Assembly: GCA_047495785.1 (NCBI GenBank)
Contig: JBLDXI010000030.1
Span: 248,001-312,000 of the forward strand
DNA length: 64,000 nucleotides
Direction of reading: 5' to 3'
Origin: Lepidodermella squamata
Lineage: Eukaryota; Animalia; Gastrotricha
This document shows positions 1-12,340 of this stretch, piece after piece (the stretch's first letter is position 1; the number at the start of each line of letters is the position of its first letter). Both the position numbers and the translations under genes were made by a program. The notes under the pieces were generated by a model, which had not been told where the DNA came from, made no database searches, and saw only the letters and a list, made by a program, of their open reading frames with translations.

Positions 1-287
1 AGCTTTGCAAAAGTCGGAGCGAGTCCTCTATCATTCTATCTAATTCGAAACTATCGATTCAGATGCTCAAACATGATGTTATGTCGGATACTCGGCGGCG
101 ATATGACGTCGTTTCTATGACCTATGAAAGATTCCAAGCACAAAGAATTGCTGATAAAACATTGTGCAGACTAAGTATAGAGCAGTGTTGAACAATTTTA
201 ATATCCGCACAAATAAACTGGCAATTTTGTACGTCAAACATTTTTGAATTATGTTCACGATAATCATAACATGAGCATTGATGAAAA

Positions 288-3200
288 ATGAAAATGGATA
301 TCCTAGCTTTTATGACCATTCTTTTGGGTGTTTACATAGTTTCCGCGCAAGTTTGTACGAACAAAAACGGCTGTCCAACTGTACAGTCGGAAGGTAACTT
401 GACTTTTCAATCTTGAGTTCAGTTTTATGCTTTCGGTTCCAATAGATCCACCACCGACGTCCTCAAGCGCTACAACAGTAGAAAATGCAACCACTGTGCT
501 GTCGTCAATACAAAATGAATCTTCAGCTCAAGACGCTACCACTCAGTCATCGACAAGTGGTAACGTTACAGATACCGGAGGATACACTACCCAGCAGATG
601 ACTACGATGGACGAATCTACCGCTGTTGAATGGACAACAGGACCGGAATCTTCGACCGAAGGATACACCACTCAGCGTATGACCACAACAGACGCACCCA
701 TCACATTAGAACCGACAACTGAAACTACAACAACGCAGCAGCCACCGACACAGAAACCCGCATCTTGTGAGCCTATCAGAACATTCGGTGGCAATCATAG
801 TGTGCTAACAGATGCTGATCGAATTTATATCAAGCCATACTACGCAGATGCCAATTTGACTCACGGCTCAGTCATCATTGTTGAATGTCCCTGGTATGCC
901 GGACCTACGACTAATCACACGTGTAATGCAGGAGTTTGGCAACCGCCACCTAGACCAACATGCTATCCCGGTCAATGTGCGAATAAGGGCAACTACGACG
1001 GTAGCAAATGTTCCTGCGCGTGGGGCTTCATCGGATTCTACTGCGACATTCGTTAGTTTGAAAATTCTGGCTTTCTATTAACTGATTTTCCCGCATTATA
1101 GCTTCCCCGGGCGATTATTCTTGCTTGAACGGCGGCATTCGTAACGTCAACGGTCTATGCATTTGCCCACAGAGTGTTCACGGCCCGAACTGTCAGTTCA
1201 GAGGAGGGGTACGCGTTGATACCAGTTTTGGAGAAACCTGCGGAACAGAAGTTGTCGATCTGAGGCCGAAAAATATAGGCTCACCGTCTTATATTGAGAT
1301 CTATAATACAGTCAATACGACAAATTTGCAACCTGATGGTTTGCTGTGTCAGTGGATGGTTGAAACAGCATTTGGAAACTACCTTCAATTTTCGAACATA
1401 AGTCTTCAAGTTTTCTATTACTCGCTACCTGTCAATAACGGTAACTTTAGCCTGTAGTTCTACGGCCCGTACATATAGCCGGGCTATATATTTTTCTTAT
1501 AGCCACTGTGAGCATTCACGATACTGGCTATAGACCAACAGCACTTGAGATCGGAAGCTGGAATTCATGGCAATTAGTGCAGGACAACAGTTATTCTGCC
1601 TCCTCGAAAATGAACTCCTCACTTCTAGTTCTTCGATTACCGGATGGCTTCACGTGGGACTATGCGATTTCCTTTCACTTTCACGTTAACATCGAGGCCA
1701 GTTAGTTCATTCGATTTCTTTTGAATGAGAGTGAAGTCTTGCGAATTTCTTTTATCAGAGCCTACATCGGCAACTGGCATGCTGAATAATGGAGAAATAA
1801 AAGATTGCTCGGCGCTGACAGTCATCGATCAAAAAATTGATAACGAAATTATGTTGGAACAAGCATCTACGGCTTACAAGCCCTTAACGTTCTGTCAATG
1901 GAGAATTAAAGTTCCCTCCGACCGATTATTCGAGTATGTTACATTTCTCCGCTCAGAAATTGTAAATCATCTGGATGCAATTTGTTAGGTTCCGAATGAG
2001 AAATTTTACACTCAGGCAAGGTAAAATGTTCGATCAGAGAGCGAAGTACCGCTAGGGATGGTAGGGATCATCCCTACCAGTTCCATCGATCCGTACATTG
2101 AGCTCGTTCAGCAACCAAATGGGGGACCCTTATGTCGATTTTTGCGATCCCTACCAGATCCGCGGTCCTACTTCGCTCTATGTGTTCGATAGAAAAACTA
2201 AGCCTGTTAATTGAAATGCTTTACAGGCCAGGCTCGTTTGATGATGATATCTAGCGATTTGACCAATGTCGGCACGCCAAGGTTCTATTTGATCAATCGC
2301 CTAAGTAATCCTGCGAAACAGAATGAGCCAGTCACCGATTGGCAGCGGCTTTGGATGGTTAGAGTTGACCAAAATTCAGCAGATTTCGTTATTCAGTTTG
2401 TTGGCTATGGGCCAAACAAAGACAGAAGTGCGGCTGGATTCCAAATGCAAATTAGAGAAAGTTGGTTACTGAATGATAACATTTCGTGAATATTTTTTTT
2501 CTGGTATCTTAGCTCACGCTTGTCTGGACTCTTGTAAAAATAACGGATTTTGCGTTTACGAGAAAACATGCTGGTGCCCAAAGCAGTACTTCGGACCTGT
2601 CTGCGAGCGGCAAATTGGTATGCTGCCTCTCATGGCTAAATTGTTCGTAGCAATTCTGTTGCAGGTTCTGTTGCACGTCAGCTGAGTTTTATACCGCAAA
2701 ATATAGGCAGGCTGACTTTAGCCATTATGAGCTGCGTGGAGTGGAAGTTTCAAGAAAACGGGGTTGCAGCTTGGCTTCTAAACGTCAACCAGGGAAAAAG
2801 TGTTCAAATTCATGACATCATAGTGAAAAGCGTATCTGGGAATAGCAGGACAGATGGAGGTGGGTTATTTTACAGCAAAATTTAGCTCTTAATTGGTGTC
2901 ACTTCCTATCAGTGAGGTTTACTTTTTACGACCTGGCTGAAGAGCTTAGAATAGGAGATTTCAACGCAACCAGCGCCGAGACAGGAAATTCTCTATCACT
3001 CAGTTCAGTGACAGAAAAAACAATTCTGGTGTTACACGTTAAAGCCCCCAATATTCTCGCACAGCTCTCGTTTTGCATCAAAGAAGGTGAGTAGAATTTC
3101 ACCATGTTTAGCATTTTAGTTTCTCTCAATTCGAATTTTTTGGTTCAGTTCCCTATGCTGGAAACGCCGTTTCGAATATTTACAGAAACGGCAGTTGCTC

Positions 3201-5020
3201 TTTGTACAGCGCAGGTTTAGATCTGACCGAGGAACGCTCAGTTGCGAATGCGCCTCAATTTTCGAAAAATTACGAATTTTGCTGGTATGAATTCAGGCCA
3301 ACGCCAAATGTGCCAACGAGGTGAATTTCAGCTATTTTGAAAGACCATGCAAGTGTTAAATACATTTCAGAGTTCATGTAAATTCGATAAAAATGATCTC
3401 TGATGGAATTGTTCAAATATTCTCCCGCCCAAATCCGAACACTGCATGGAAAGCCGAGGACTTCAAGCTAACCAAAGCTAACCAAACCAACGCCCAACAA
3501 ACGTCAGACACATTTATACCTGCTACCGATTCATCACAGGCTGAGCTATTAGTTTTATTTTATTCAATGGAAAACCCAATGTATTCCAACGACTTTAACA
3601 TTACCTTAACGGGTGGTAAGTATTTCAAAGTATTTCAAATTCGATTTAGAATTTAACCGATCCTTTTCGAAAACCTATAGAAATCGCTTCAACTACGTTG
3701 CCGACAACAACGTCCACGTTTACAACTACGACTGCAACTACAGAAACTGCGACTACAACTGTTACTACATCAACAAGAGAACAAACGAGTATGGTTACGT
3801 CGAAAATGGCTATTCAGACGATAGATACTACAGATGAGCCCATACTTCAACCTCTTGAAGATTTTGACCCTACGAAACCTCCGGAAGAATCCGGGCTGTT
3901 GAGGCGAGACTCTGAGCAGATGGAGTCAGGCCCAGCTCTACCGGACGCTTCGCCCTTATCGTCAGATCTCTCCGATAGTACTCTGGCTGATCAGTGCAGC
4001 TCTGTGTCCCCACTGAACCGCAGCCCTCCGCCATATCAAGGCGAGCCTATTGTGATTCAAGTGAAATTTGCGATCGATCGGATCAACTATCTACGCGACA
4101 AAGACCAAGCTTTGAGCGTGATGGGGCAACTCAGCTTGAACTGGTCTGTTTCAACGTGTTACGGGTTAGAAACTTTCAACCTCAACGAAAGAGTCAAAGC
4201 GGATCTTCACAAAATCTGGCACCCAGACGTCGTTTTTCGCAATAGTTTGGACGACGTCTCTATGTCGAAAAGCAACACATATTCAGATAGATTCGAGTTT
4301 CTCTTCATTCCGGGAGCTAATACAACAGGTAAAATGCCTCGTCAGAAGAACAAAATCTACTTCTACTGGAAGCGAAGGGCTATGTTTAACGCGAAATGTT
4401 CGATTGAGCTCACAAAATTCCCATTTGACACTCAAAATTGCGTTTTTGAGTTTGGTTTAGCCGAGTCAATTCGGCTGGCAACTTTCACGGGACGAAATAT
4501 TCAATTCATTGTTTCAAACTCGGAATCTGCAGTTGGGCAATGGATTTTGATGAATTCAACTAAAAAGTGGGGATCTTACAAACTCAGCCGTACAGAATGG
4601 GGGAGCGTCGCTAATTTCTTCGTCGCCTTGAAACGCCGCCCGGATTATTTCCTCTTCAACAGCGTCGGATCTTGTTTAGTTCTAGTCTTGCTTTCCTTCA
4701 TGACAATGTTCATAAAACCCGACGTCAGCGATCGAGCCTGCTTCAATGTTTACATAGTACTGGCGTTTGCCCTGCTCATGTCGCAAATACAAGGCGCGAC
4801 TCCGCAAACATCGAGTCGAATCCTGCTCGCCGATTATTTTCAACTCATGGTAGCTGTTTGCGTTTCGAACACCGTTCAATCTCTTGTTCTACTTTGGCTC
4901 TTCTGCAAAGAGGCAAGCGGCAAAACATTGAAAGTCGTCAACTTTATTTGGTTTGGCGCGAATATCCTAGGTTTTATTGGCGCAACTTCATATGCTTTAT
5001 TCACTGCATTTTCAAACTGA
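288..5020 (+). CDS. Multi-exon Cys-loop pLGIC subunit ('LGIC-A') with extended ectodomain: signal peptide, S/T mucin, sushi/CCP, 2 EGF, 2 CUB-like, EGF, 2 degenerate CUB-like, S/T linker, ligand-binding domain, M1-M4
   Basis: ATG 288 gives signal peptide MKMDILAFMTILLGVYIVSA; intron 394-445 joins it in frame to the 427..1056 ORF. Short GT-AG introns link the EGF exons (CANKG..CSCAWGFIGFYC, CLNGG..CICPQSVHGPNC, CKNNGFC..CWCPKQYFGPVC) and CUB-like exons (LCQWMV, FCQWRI, FCWYEF). The last exon (3681-5020) has WHPD, the Cys-loop C-SIELTKFPFDTQN-C, KRRPDYF and four TM helices. Some internal exon borders are approximate. Confidence 0.85.
2035..2182. mobile_element. hAT-like MITE (148 bp) in an LGIC-A intron
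   Basis: TIRs CAGAGAGCGAAGTA / TACTTCGCTCTATG (1 mismatch); perfect 8-bp TSD TGTTCGAT at 2027-2034 and 2183-2190. Confidence 0.85.
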
Positions 5021-5168
5021 CTCTATCGATGTTGTTTGATCTTGATCTTCATCAAATTTCAGCTGGTAACTGGTAAAACAATCCAAAATAAACCATGTAA
5101 ATTTTTATTAGGAAAATTCACAACATTGTATTTAATAAAAAGATGCAATTTAATAAATTCGAGTTTTT

Positions 5169-8100
5169 TTAATTAATTCGAACAGCAAGAAAAACAATGT
5201 GAAGTGCGATACAGGCGCCCGTAGCAACGGCGGCTACCATGAAATCAAACACACGGGCGTGTTTAATTTCCTTGCGGAAAAGCCGCATCTGAGCCGGTAG
5301 CTTCGGCGAGCAAAGGCAACAAGCCACCAGGTGATAAAGCGTTATAGCCGCCGCGAAAAGTGTCATTGCCTGAACATATTCCTGGAGCAAGATTCGCTGC
5401 GATGTTTTCGGAATCACATTCATAACATCAGAGTTGGCTACAGTCAGAGTCAACATGATAGTCACAGCGAAAGCAGCTCGATCTGACAATTCAATAGGTA
5501 GGAGGAACGAAGAACAAGCGAGAAAAGATAGAACACCAACAGGTTGAATCAAATTCTTCATGTAGTAGTCAGGAATTCGAGAGACTAATACGGAAAAAGT
5601 GACAACACTTGAGTTAGACCCTTTGAATTTGCTCAGCCCGACCGTGACAGAAGTGTTGAGTCTGCGAAATTCACTCGTAACTTCTTCATTCCAGAAAACA
5701 AAAGAAGCGTCATCGAGGAATTTTGCAACAGGCAGTGATCGAACGAGTGCGAATGAGAAGTAGCAAGTTTGTTGGTCGAAAGGGAAGTTCCGCAGGTCCA
5801 GAGAGCATCTTGAGGTGTAGTAGCCTTCTCGAGACATGTAAAACTCGAAAACATGGTTATGCTTGTCCCCATTTCGCCTCACCACGGTTATGTCATCGTC
5901 GAAACCGTCTCCACTCGAAAAGCCACTTGTCACCCCATTTATGAAGCGCATTTTCGGGGTCCAAACTTCATCTGCGGTAGCTACGAAGACCCTTTCATCA
6001 GCACGTTCGTCCAAAACACTTACAGAGTCCTTAGGGCAGGTATCAACGTTCCAAATCAATAGCAAAATGCCGTAGGCCTGAGCAGTTTGATCGACGTTGT
6101 TGATCGAAGTTAGAGCCGTGATTTGAAAGGCGATTTTAACCTCGTTACTTGCGTTGTTATTCGGTGGGGCCGCGCGATATGCTGCGAAATCGTCGCATTC
6201 ATTGTCGATGAAGTCTTTGATTTTGAAGTCGGAGTCGGCTGTTTCTTTCGGCAGAGGCGGGATGAGAGAATCTAACCCAGTCACAGGCGCGGTCGTTCCT
6301 TTCGGAATATTCATAACCGGCGCCGTCGTGGCTTTTGTATCAGCGTTACTTGGCGATGAGGGCGTCGACTCGTCAGTGGCGGCATTGTATGATTGGGGAT
6401 CAGATGAGCCTACAACTGAAGCAGCTGTAGATCCCGCAACACTTGCAAGATTAGATTTAGAGCTTATCGTCGCTGCATTTTGAATGGTAGATGCAATTCT
6501 AGGGGCTACAGTTTGTGATGAAGCTGCGCTCGCTGCTTTTCCGCTAGTTGTTGCTGTAGGTGCTGCGGCTGTTGCGGCTTTTGTTGTAGTTGTCGTTGTA
6601 GTTGGTTTTGAAGTTGTTGTGGGTTTCGGCAGTTCGAAATACCTGAATGAAACGAATCCTGGCCCGTTGTTTGCGGTACTGTCGACCTTTGTTCCCAAGC
6701 TACCTCCCATCCCGAATCGCATCATCAAGTCAGGGCTTTGAGTCAGCGATTTTACAACTGGGTCACTTATTGGGAAGTAGGCGAGTTCCTTGTACTGGAA
6801 TTCGCCGTTCTTTGTGCCTCTGTCATTCAGCCAGAGATGGAGGTCTCCATCAATATTTTCTAGGACCAGCAAATTAGGCAACCATGAGTTGCCGATAGCC
6901 CATTTATTTGAGTCAGAAACTGCTCCCAAAAGTGAGTTCGTCCATTTGCTTTTATCCGTAGTCTTCGACGCGCATGCCAGTTGGACCGTCGACGATTCGG
7001 TGTCAATGATAATCGCAAAGCCTACGAAGGCTGAGAGGTCGAGGCCGAAATCTATCTCGCTATTCGCACTTGCAGCACTCGGAATGCCTCCTTCTGTCCA
7101 GAAAACAGCATAGCGACTTTGCTGAGGCCCGCGATAGTAAGCTTCGATGTGCCAATTTGTATTTGCCGGGATAGGTTTGTTCTAAGATAGATTGAAAATA
7201 ACTTTGTCAAGAGTATAACGAAGCTTGATGCCATCTTACATTCCACAGGCTGCCATATTGAAGGCGGGCTACTTGTGCGGCCTCAAATGCCACTGCCTTT
7301 GAGCCTGTAACCGTTCCTTGGCCAACCCAAGTATCTGATCGGAAAAGTTATTGAAGAAGCACAAATTTTGCTAAATCAATACTTACCCAAATTTCCCAGA
7401 TCGAATGACCGAATGCGATTATAATCGAAAGTACCTGTCCATTTCGTGTAATCACTAAATGGTTGAATAGCTACACTCCGTTTCACGTGAACAGTGGTGA
7501 GATAAATGTCGTTGTATGACCAAGAACCTGACACAAACTCGGGGCTTACGGCGGTGTTAAGGAACAGAACTCCAGCGACTGATCCGTCGAGATCATCAGA
7601 TCCCCCAGATCTGTTGACATGAATGACTATTCTATAGAAAAAATCCTTTAAAACTTACGAGTTCCCAATTTGCACGGTTGTTGGCGTATTGAAGTCGAAA
7701 TCACCCGCCGTAGTTGATTTTGGCGAAGTAGGTGTATTGTAGTCATTACAGTAAAGCATGAGCTTATCTTTAGCTTTCAGGCTGTCGTAAGAAATTACGA
7801 TGTAAAGCCACTTCTGAGAAGCAATTGTGCATTTGAATGTAGCACTACCGGACGCCTTTACGACTGTTATGGTATTTGCATAAACGTCACATTTCACATA
7901 TACATTTCCGAAAGTGAAGAGAGTTCCGGACTTCCCCGCAGTCGCTGGAGCGTAATAAAATGCCAATGTCCAGCTGTTAGCGTAATTACCATTCATGATC
8001 CCTGTTTCGAGGTAACTGCCGTCGGCGTTGTTGATCGAGAATGAAGTTTTCAATTGGTCTAGAGGCCCCTTGAGGCCTGCCATTAGAGTTGATTTCCCAC

Positions 8101-8464
8101 GCACTTGAAGGTCACTTTTACCCGCGTAGTCAGATAGATACATTTCTGCAGTCAACGGCCAGAATCCGATGAGAGGAGCAGCGTCCAATTTAAACGTGGT
8201 TGAGCCACACGTGTCGAAAGTAGCCGGAGACCACGCGGCAGCCGCGCAGCTGTAGGCTCTAGCCAAGCCATTATTACACGTTCCGCGAAACCAAGATCCA
8301 GATGCTATCTTTGCCCCTGCCGTGCATGGAATAATGGCTGGTGCTGTAGCTGCCGCGGCGATTGTTTCGCACTTTACGAAGGTGTTACTAGGAAGCGCGC
8401 AGTCGCAGTTAACAGATCCCTTCAGGCACCCAAAGATTACGAAAATTATACAGATTCGCTTCAT
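5169..8464 (-). CDS. Cys-loop pLGIC subunit ('LGIC-B', about 1045 aa) fused to a sushi-like / LamG-like / L-type-lectin-like / mucin ectodomain
   Basis: Exons 8464-7659, 7610-7387, 7334-7240 and 7181-5169 join in frame (3138 nt) via GT-AG introns of 48, 52 and 58 nt. Signal peptide MKRICIIFVIFGCLKGSVNC; LamG-type start LIGFWPL; WTPK; Cys-loop C-SLDLRNFPFDQQT-C; RIPDYY; M1 with Pro; M2 SDRAAFAVTIMLTLTV. Confidence 0.88.
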
Positions 8465-8838
8465 TTTCAGCAGCTGGAGTAAACAATTAGAATAGTCGAA
8501 GCCTTCCAGCTATTCGCGAGTTCATTTAATTCCAGGGGTTTTCGTCGAATTTAATATAACCTTTCCGTTTACAGATCCGTCGACCGAGACGAAGAGCAAA
8601 CATTAAAAAATACCCATGCAACTTTGAGCCCCGTGCCTTTGTAGTTTTTATTATTTTATCTGCAATTTCAAGCTCTAAAATTTACTGCATCGTATTTACT
8701 CAATTCGTAGTTGCAACACGCTTACAGGATATTAACTGAGAGCAAGTCAGGCCTGGGATTTTCTCCGATTTAAGAGATGAGAGTAAACACATTTATTCGA
8801 AAAACCTTCGCGAACATCAACGCGAAATAGTATTGCCA

Positions 8839-11510
8839 TCATTGAGGAAGATTCGGTCTATCTTTAGATGCGAGGGTGGAGTTCTCTTCTCGCCGTGGCA
8901 TCGGCTGACTCTGAAATATCCATACAAATGAATTGTTATAATCGGAATATAATGTAATAGATTACGTGTTGAATGAATGCATAGTTCGCAACAGCGCAGT
9001 AACTCCAGGCAAAAACTGCGGATATGATCGCGGTTTGGTCAGGAATGATTAAAACCAACATGATCGATGCAAGGCCCAGTACGAGTACACAGTAGAAACT
9101 CATAACTAGTGTTCTATCTCGCTTTGTTGCTCTTCCCTTTCTCTGTGATAAAATGAATGAATTTATATGTAGGGCGATTAAAAAGTACAACGAACATTTT
9201 GCAGTTTGTAGCACATAACGCATAGGCGTAAAACGCCTATACCTGTTATCAGGCTGATAATTGAAAACAATACGAGAGATGCAGAGCTGGACGCAATATT
9301 TAGGTAACATTCGATTCGATATGGCTGGTAGATTCGAGTATTGTCACTCGAGTGATCAGTTAGGCCTCGCTCTGTTTCGATGAGAGGCTGGGCGAATATC
9401 AGCCAACAAATCGAAAGAATGACGGCCAATGCATACAACTTCAGGGGCATCCTAGTGATCCATCTTGATTTCGAGAAATAGGTTACACTCGAGTCGACTC
9501 TCAAATAGTAAGCGAACAAAGAGGTAAGAATCCCGATGACGTAGACCAACGGCATTGCGATACACGATACGGAATAGCTGAGAGATAAATTTGTAGGCGG
9601 TAACAGAAATAGGCTGATCAGCAAAGCCATACTACCACTGATCATCAATTTTTCACCCCTAACATATTTCACACCTGAAACTGCGAGGGTCGAGGACGGT
9701 TTTGCTGGGGGGTACATAGTTTGGTAGACACTCGTTATGGTTTGACGTTGATCCTCTTGCATTGAATCTGAACGAGTTTGAACGGCCCCCTTTCGTGCTG
9801 ACAAATACTTTCTGAACCAAAGGTACATTACCACAAGCAATGTGATTGAAGTCAAACTGAGGATGAAGGCGTAAAGGCTCAGAGGTATGATTGGAACTTG
9901 AACTCTTATGTAGCGCTTTGAATCAAGTGGAGCATTGCCATCCTCAGTCAACCATTTGAATCGATCTGGAAACAGATTCATTACTCCGTCGCTATCAGAT
10001 AGACCAGCATTGTAGATAGCTATAATTCTTGGACCTCCTAGAACTACGTTACCGCTCCCATCTCTCGAATAGTCTAATCGACCAATCGTGAGCGGGATAA
10101 AGCCTTTTGAGTTCAATTTTGTTGATCTCTCAAACGAATATCGCCCCTTCATTCCAGTCATATTGATGCTGTAGATATTTTCCTTCAATATCTCAACGAG
10201 ATCAGAAGGGCGAGATAACAAGTCGAGCAGATTTTGATTCGTGGCCTTGAGATCGGTTTCAGTTTTGTTGAGTAATAACCCAGCAAATAGGATCACGTCG
10301 TAGATTGTGTGGCGATAGTAACCCCAGAACGGACTTTCCTCTGGCTTCGCAATCTTTCTCCTCATTTCATTATCCCATTCAAGTGCTGAAAGGCCAGTTG
10401 AGTCCTTATGCCCCGGTCCGTATAGGTCTACAAGTGTTGAATCGCCGAAGAACACTGCACTGGCCATTACCTCGTTTATCATGTTCATAGTGCACCAAGA
10501 TTGCTGCTCAGGGGGTACAAAAGCGGTAGGGTAATTGTCGGACCAGTACCAGAAAATTGGGACGTAGTTGGACCCAAACATGCCGAAGCGATGTAGCCAA
10601 CAAGCTCGTCCAGATGCTCTATCTGCGTCAAATATGACAATTCTAGCATCGATCTGTTTCAGCTCGTCGAAAACAGGCGTCATATCCTCGTCATAGACAG
10701 CGGCGTGAGACGACTTACTCAGGTGAGTCACCGATATGTTCTTCCTCTCAAGCATAGGAAGCAGCAGTTTTTGAAGGATATCGTAGAGCAGGAAGCTTTC
10801 TGAGACTATTGCTACCTTCCGCCAGCCCATCAAATGAATAAACTCAACAGCAGCGAGATGCCCGCCTTCAAAACGTTGAAATAGCCCGAAATAATTGGGG
10901 AAACGGTTCCGCTGGTAGTAAGGCTCGGGTGAGGTGATAGAAACTGTGATCGCGAGTTGATCAAAGTACTTGGCTGATTCTGCTATAGTCCGGATCCCGA
11001 CCGATTCGCAGGCTGTACTCAGGAAAACTGGCAGCCGATTGATGCCAGGATTAGATCCTCTAAAATAAGAGAAAGCTTTTGGAATGGTGACGTGGTCCAA
11101 GCACTTGAAGGGATAACGATTATGAAATGCTCAGGTCAGAAGTTATGTATTACCTGGTCGTCAAAAAGCTCGATAGCGATTTCGTAATCTGTGAGAAAAT
11201 TAGGCATAGATTTCAGTCGATCTAATGCGAGTTCGATGGCTTTGGTAGCAAGTGGTCCCAGGGGCATCTCCCCACCATAACTAACACCAGCGAGTAAAGT
11301 TATTAAAGTTTTGTTTCGGCGTGTTCCACTATTCCCATAATTGGCAGCAGTAGCGTAGTCTGGTAGCTGCAAGTCGTCTAAGGAGATTCCCTGCTTAAAT
11401 GCAGTGGTTCGATTTAAGGGTAACAAATCTAGCGGATCAGCCGATGTGACGAGACTTGATAGAAACGATGAAGATGCGATCAGTAACGTGAGCATTATCG
11501 AATGAACCAT
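8839..11510 (-). CDS. Class C GPCR, GABA-B-like (Venus flytrap/ANF-receptor domain + 7TM, no cysteine-rich domain)
   Basis: Exon 1 11510-11154 (signal peptide, AIELALDRLK..FLTDYEI..DDQ) splices over a 50-nt intron to C-LDHV. VFT motifs RFPNYFGL, MGWRKVAIV, DARIVIF, GMKGRYSF. Seven hydrophobic segments across the 9178..11100 ORF and the next exon; short last exon ending TGA at 8839-8841. Confidence 0.82.
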
Positions 11511-12340
11511 TTAACTGATTATTGAAAGCAATGTTTAAAAATTGCGAAGATAAAGTGTGCTGGGGGTGCGAAATATGAGCGTTTTAGAACTCGTAAACTG
11601 TCTGCTGTAAAAAGAGTGGGAGTATGAGGAGAATAATCAAGTTTCAGCTGCATGTATTGAAAACATCGTACAAAAAGACAAATCAAAACAGACATCAACG
11701 CCAGAAAATTGAAGAATTTCTATGTCATTCCGCTATGAGTCATTGAATTATTAGGAGTTTCGCCGCTTCGTCGTGCCGGCTGCAAAAATAAAGACTGTTT
11801 GATGCGAGTTTCAGTGAATTCGAGTCCCCGTATTTCCGACGATTTTCAGTCCACAATAAGGAAAAAAATTGAGATATTTTTAGATGTGCGTGTTTTTAGA
11901 AGTTTCCGGCGTTCGAAAACATTTGCGTCGAATTACGCACAGTTCGGCGTGGGACGTTTGAGCTTAAGATACTCTGTCACCGTTGAATCCAAGCAAAAAT
12001 CGCTAGCTTGTTTGCCCGGATTAGACGAGAAGAGAAATCGGTATGGTTCGCTGGAAAAAGTATTCGCTGGAAACAACGAAAAATTCCATAAATTGACGAT
12101 TCCATAAACAAATCATCAGTAGAAGAGCGCGAGCTGGATTTGTTTTTATTTAAAAGACTTGAAAAATACGTGATCGGATACCACGTGAGAAGAACCGGCA
12201 CGTGTGTTATTTATGTTATTTTAACAGCTGGTGCGCGATTGAATTTTTCGAAAAACAAGCGTCCATTCATTTATTCAATAATCACTTTTTAAACTCTCAA
12301 GTTTCAAGCTCTTTCGAGGTTTGATTTATTAAACTTTTAA

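Noticed and set aside
1-287. Possible upstream coding exon
   Set aside because: No recognisable motifs, and LGIC-A already has a good signal-peptide start at 288.
3698-6929. Assigning nAChR, GABA-A or 5-HT3 gene symbols to the channels
   Set aside because: No loop-C vicinal cysteines or PAR motif, and sequences too divergent for orthology by eye.
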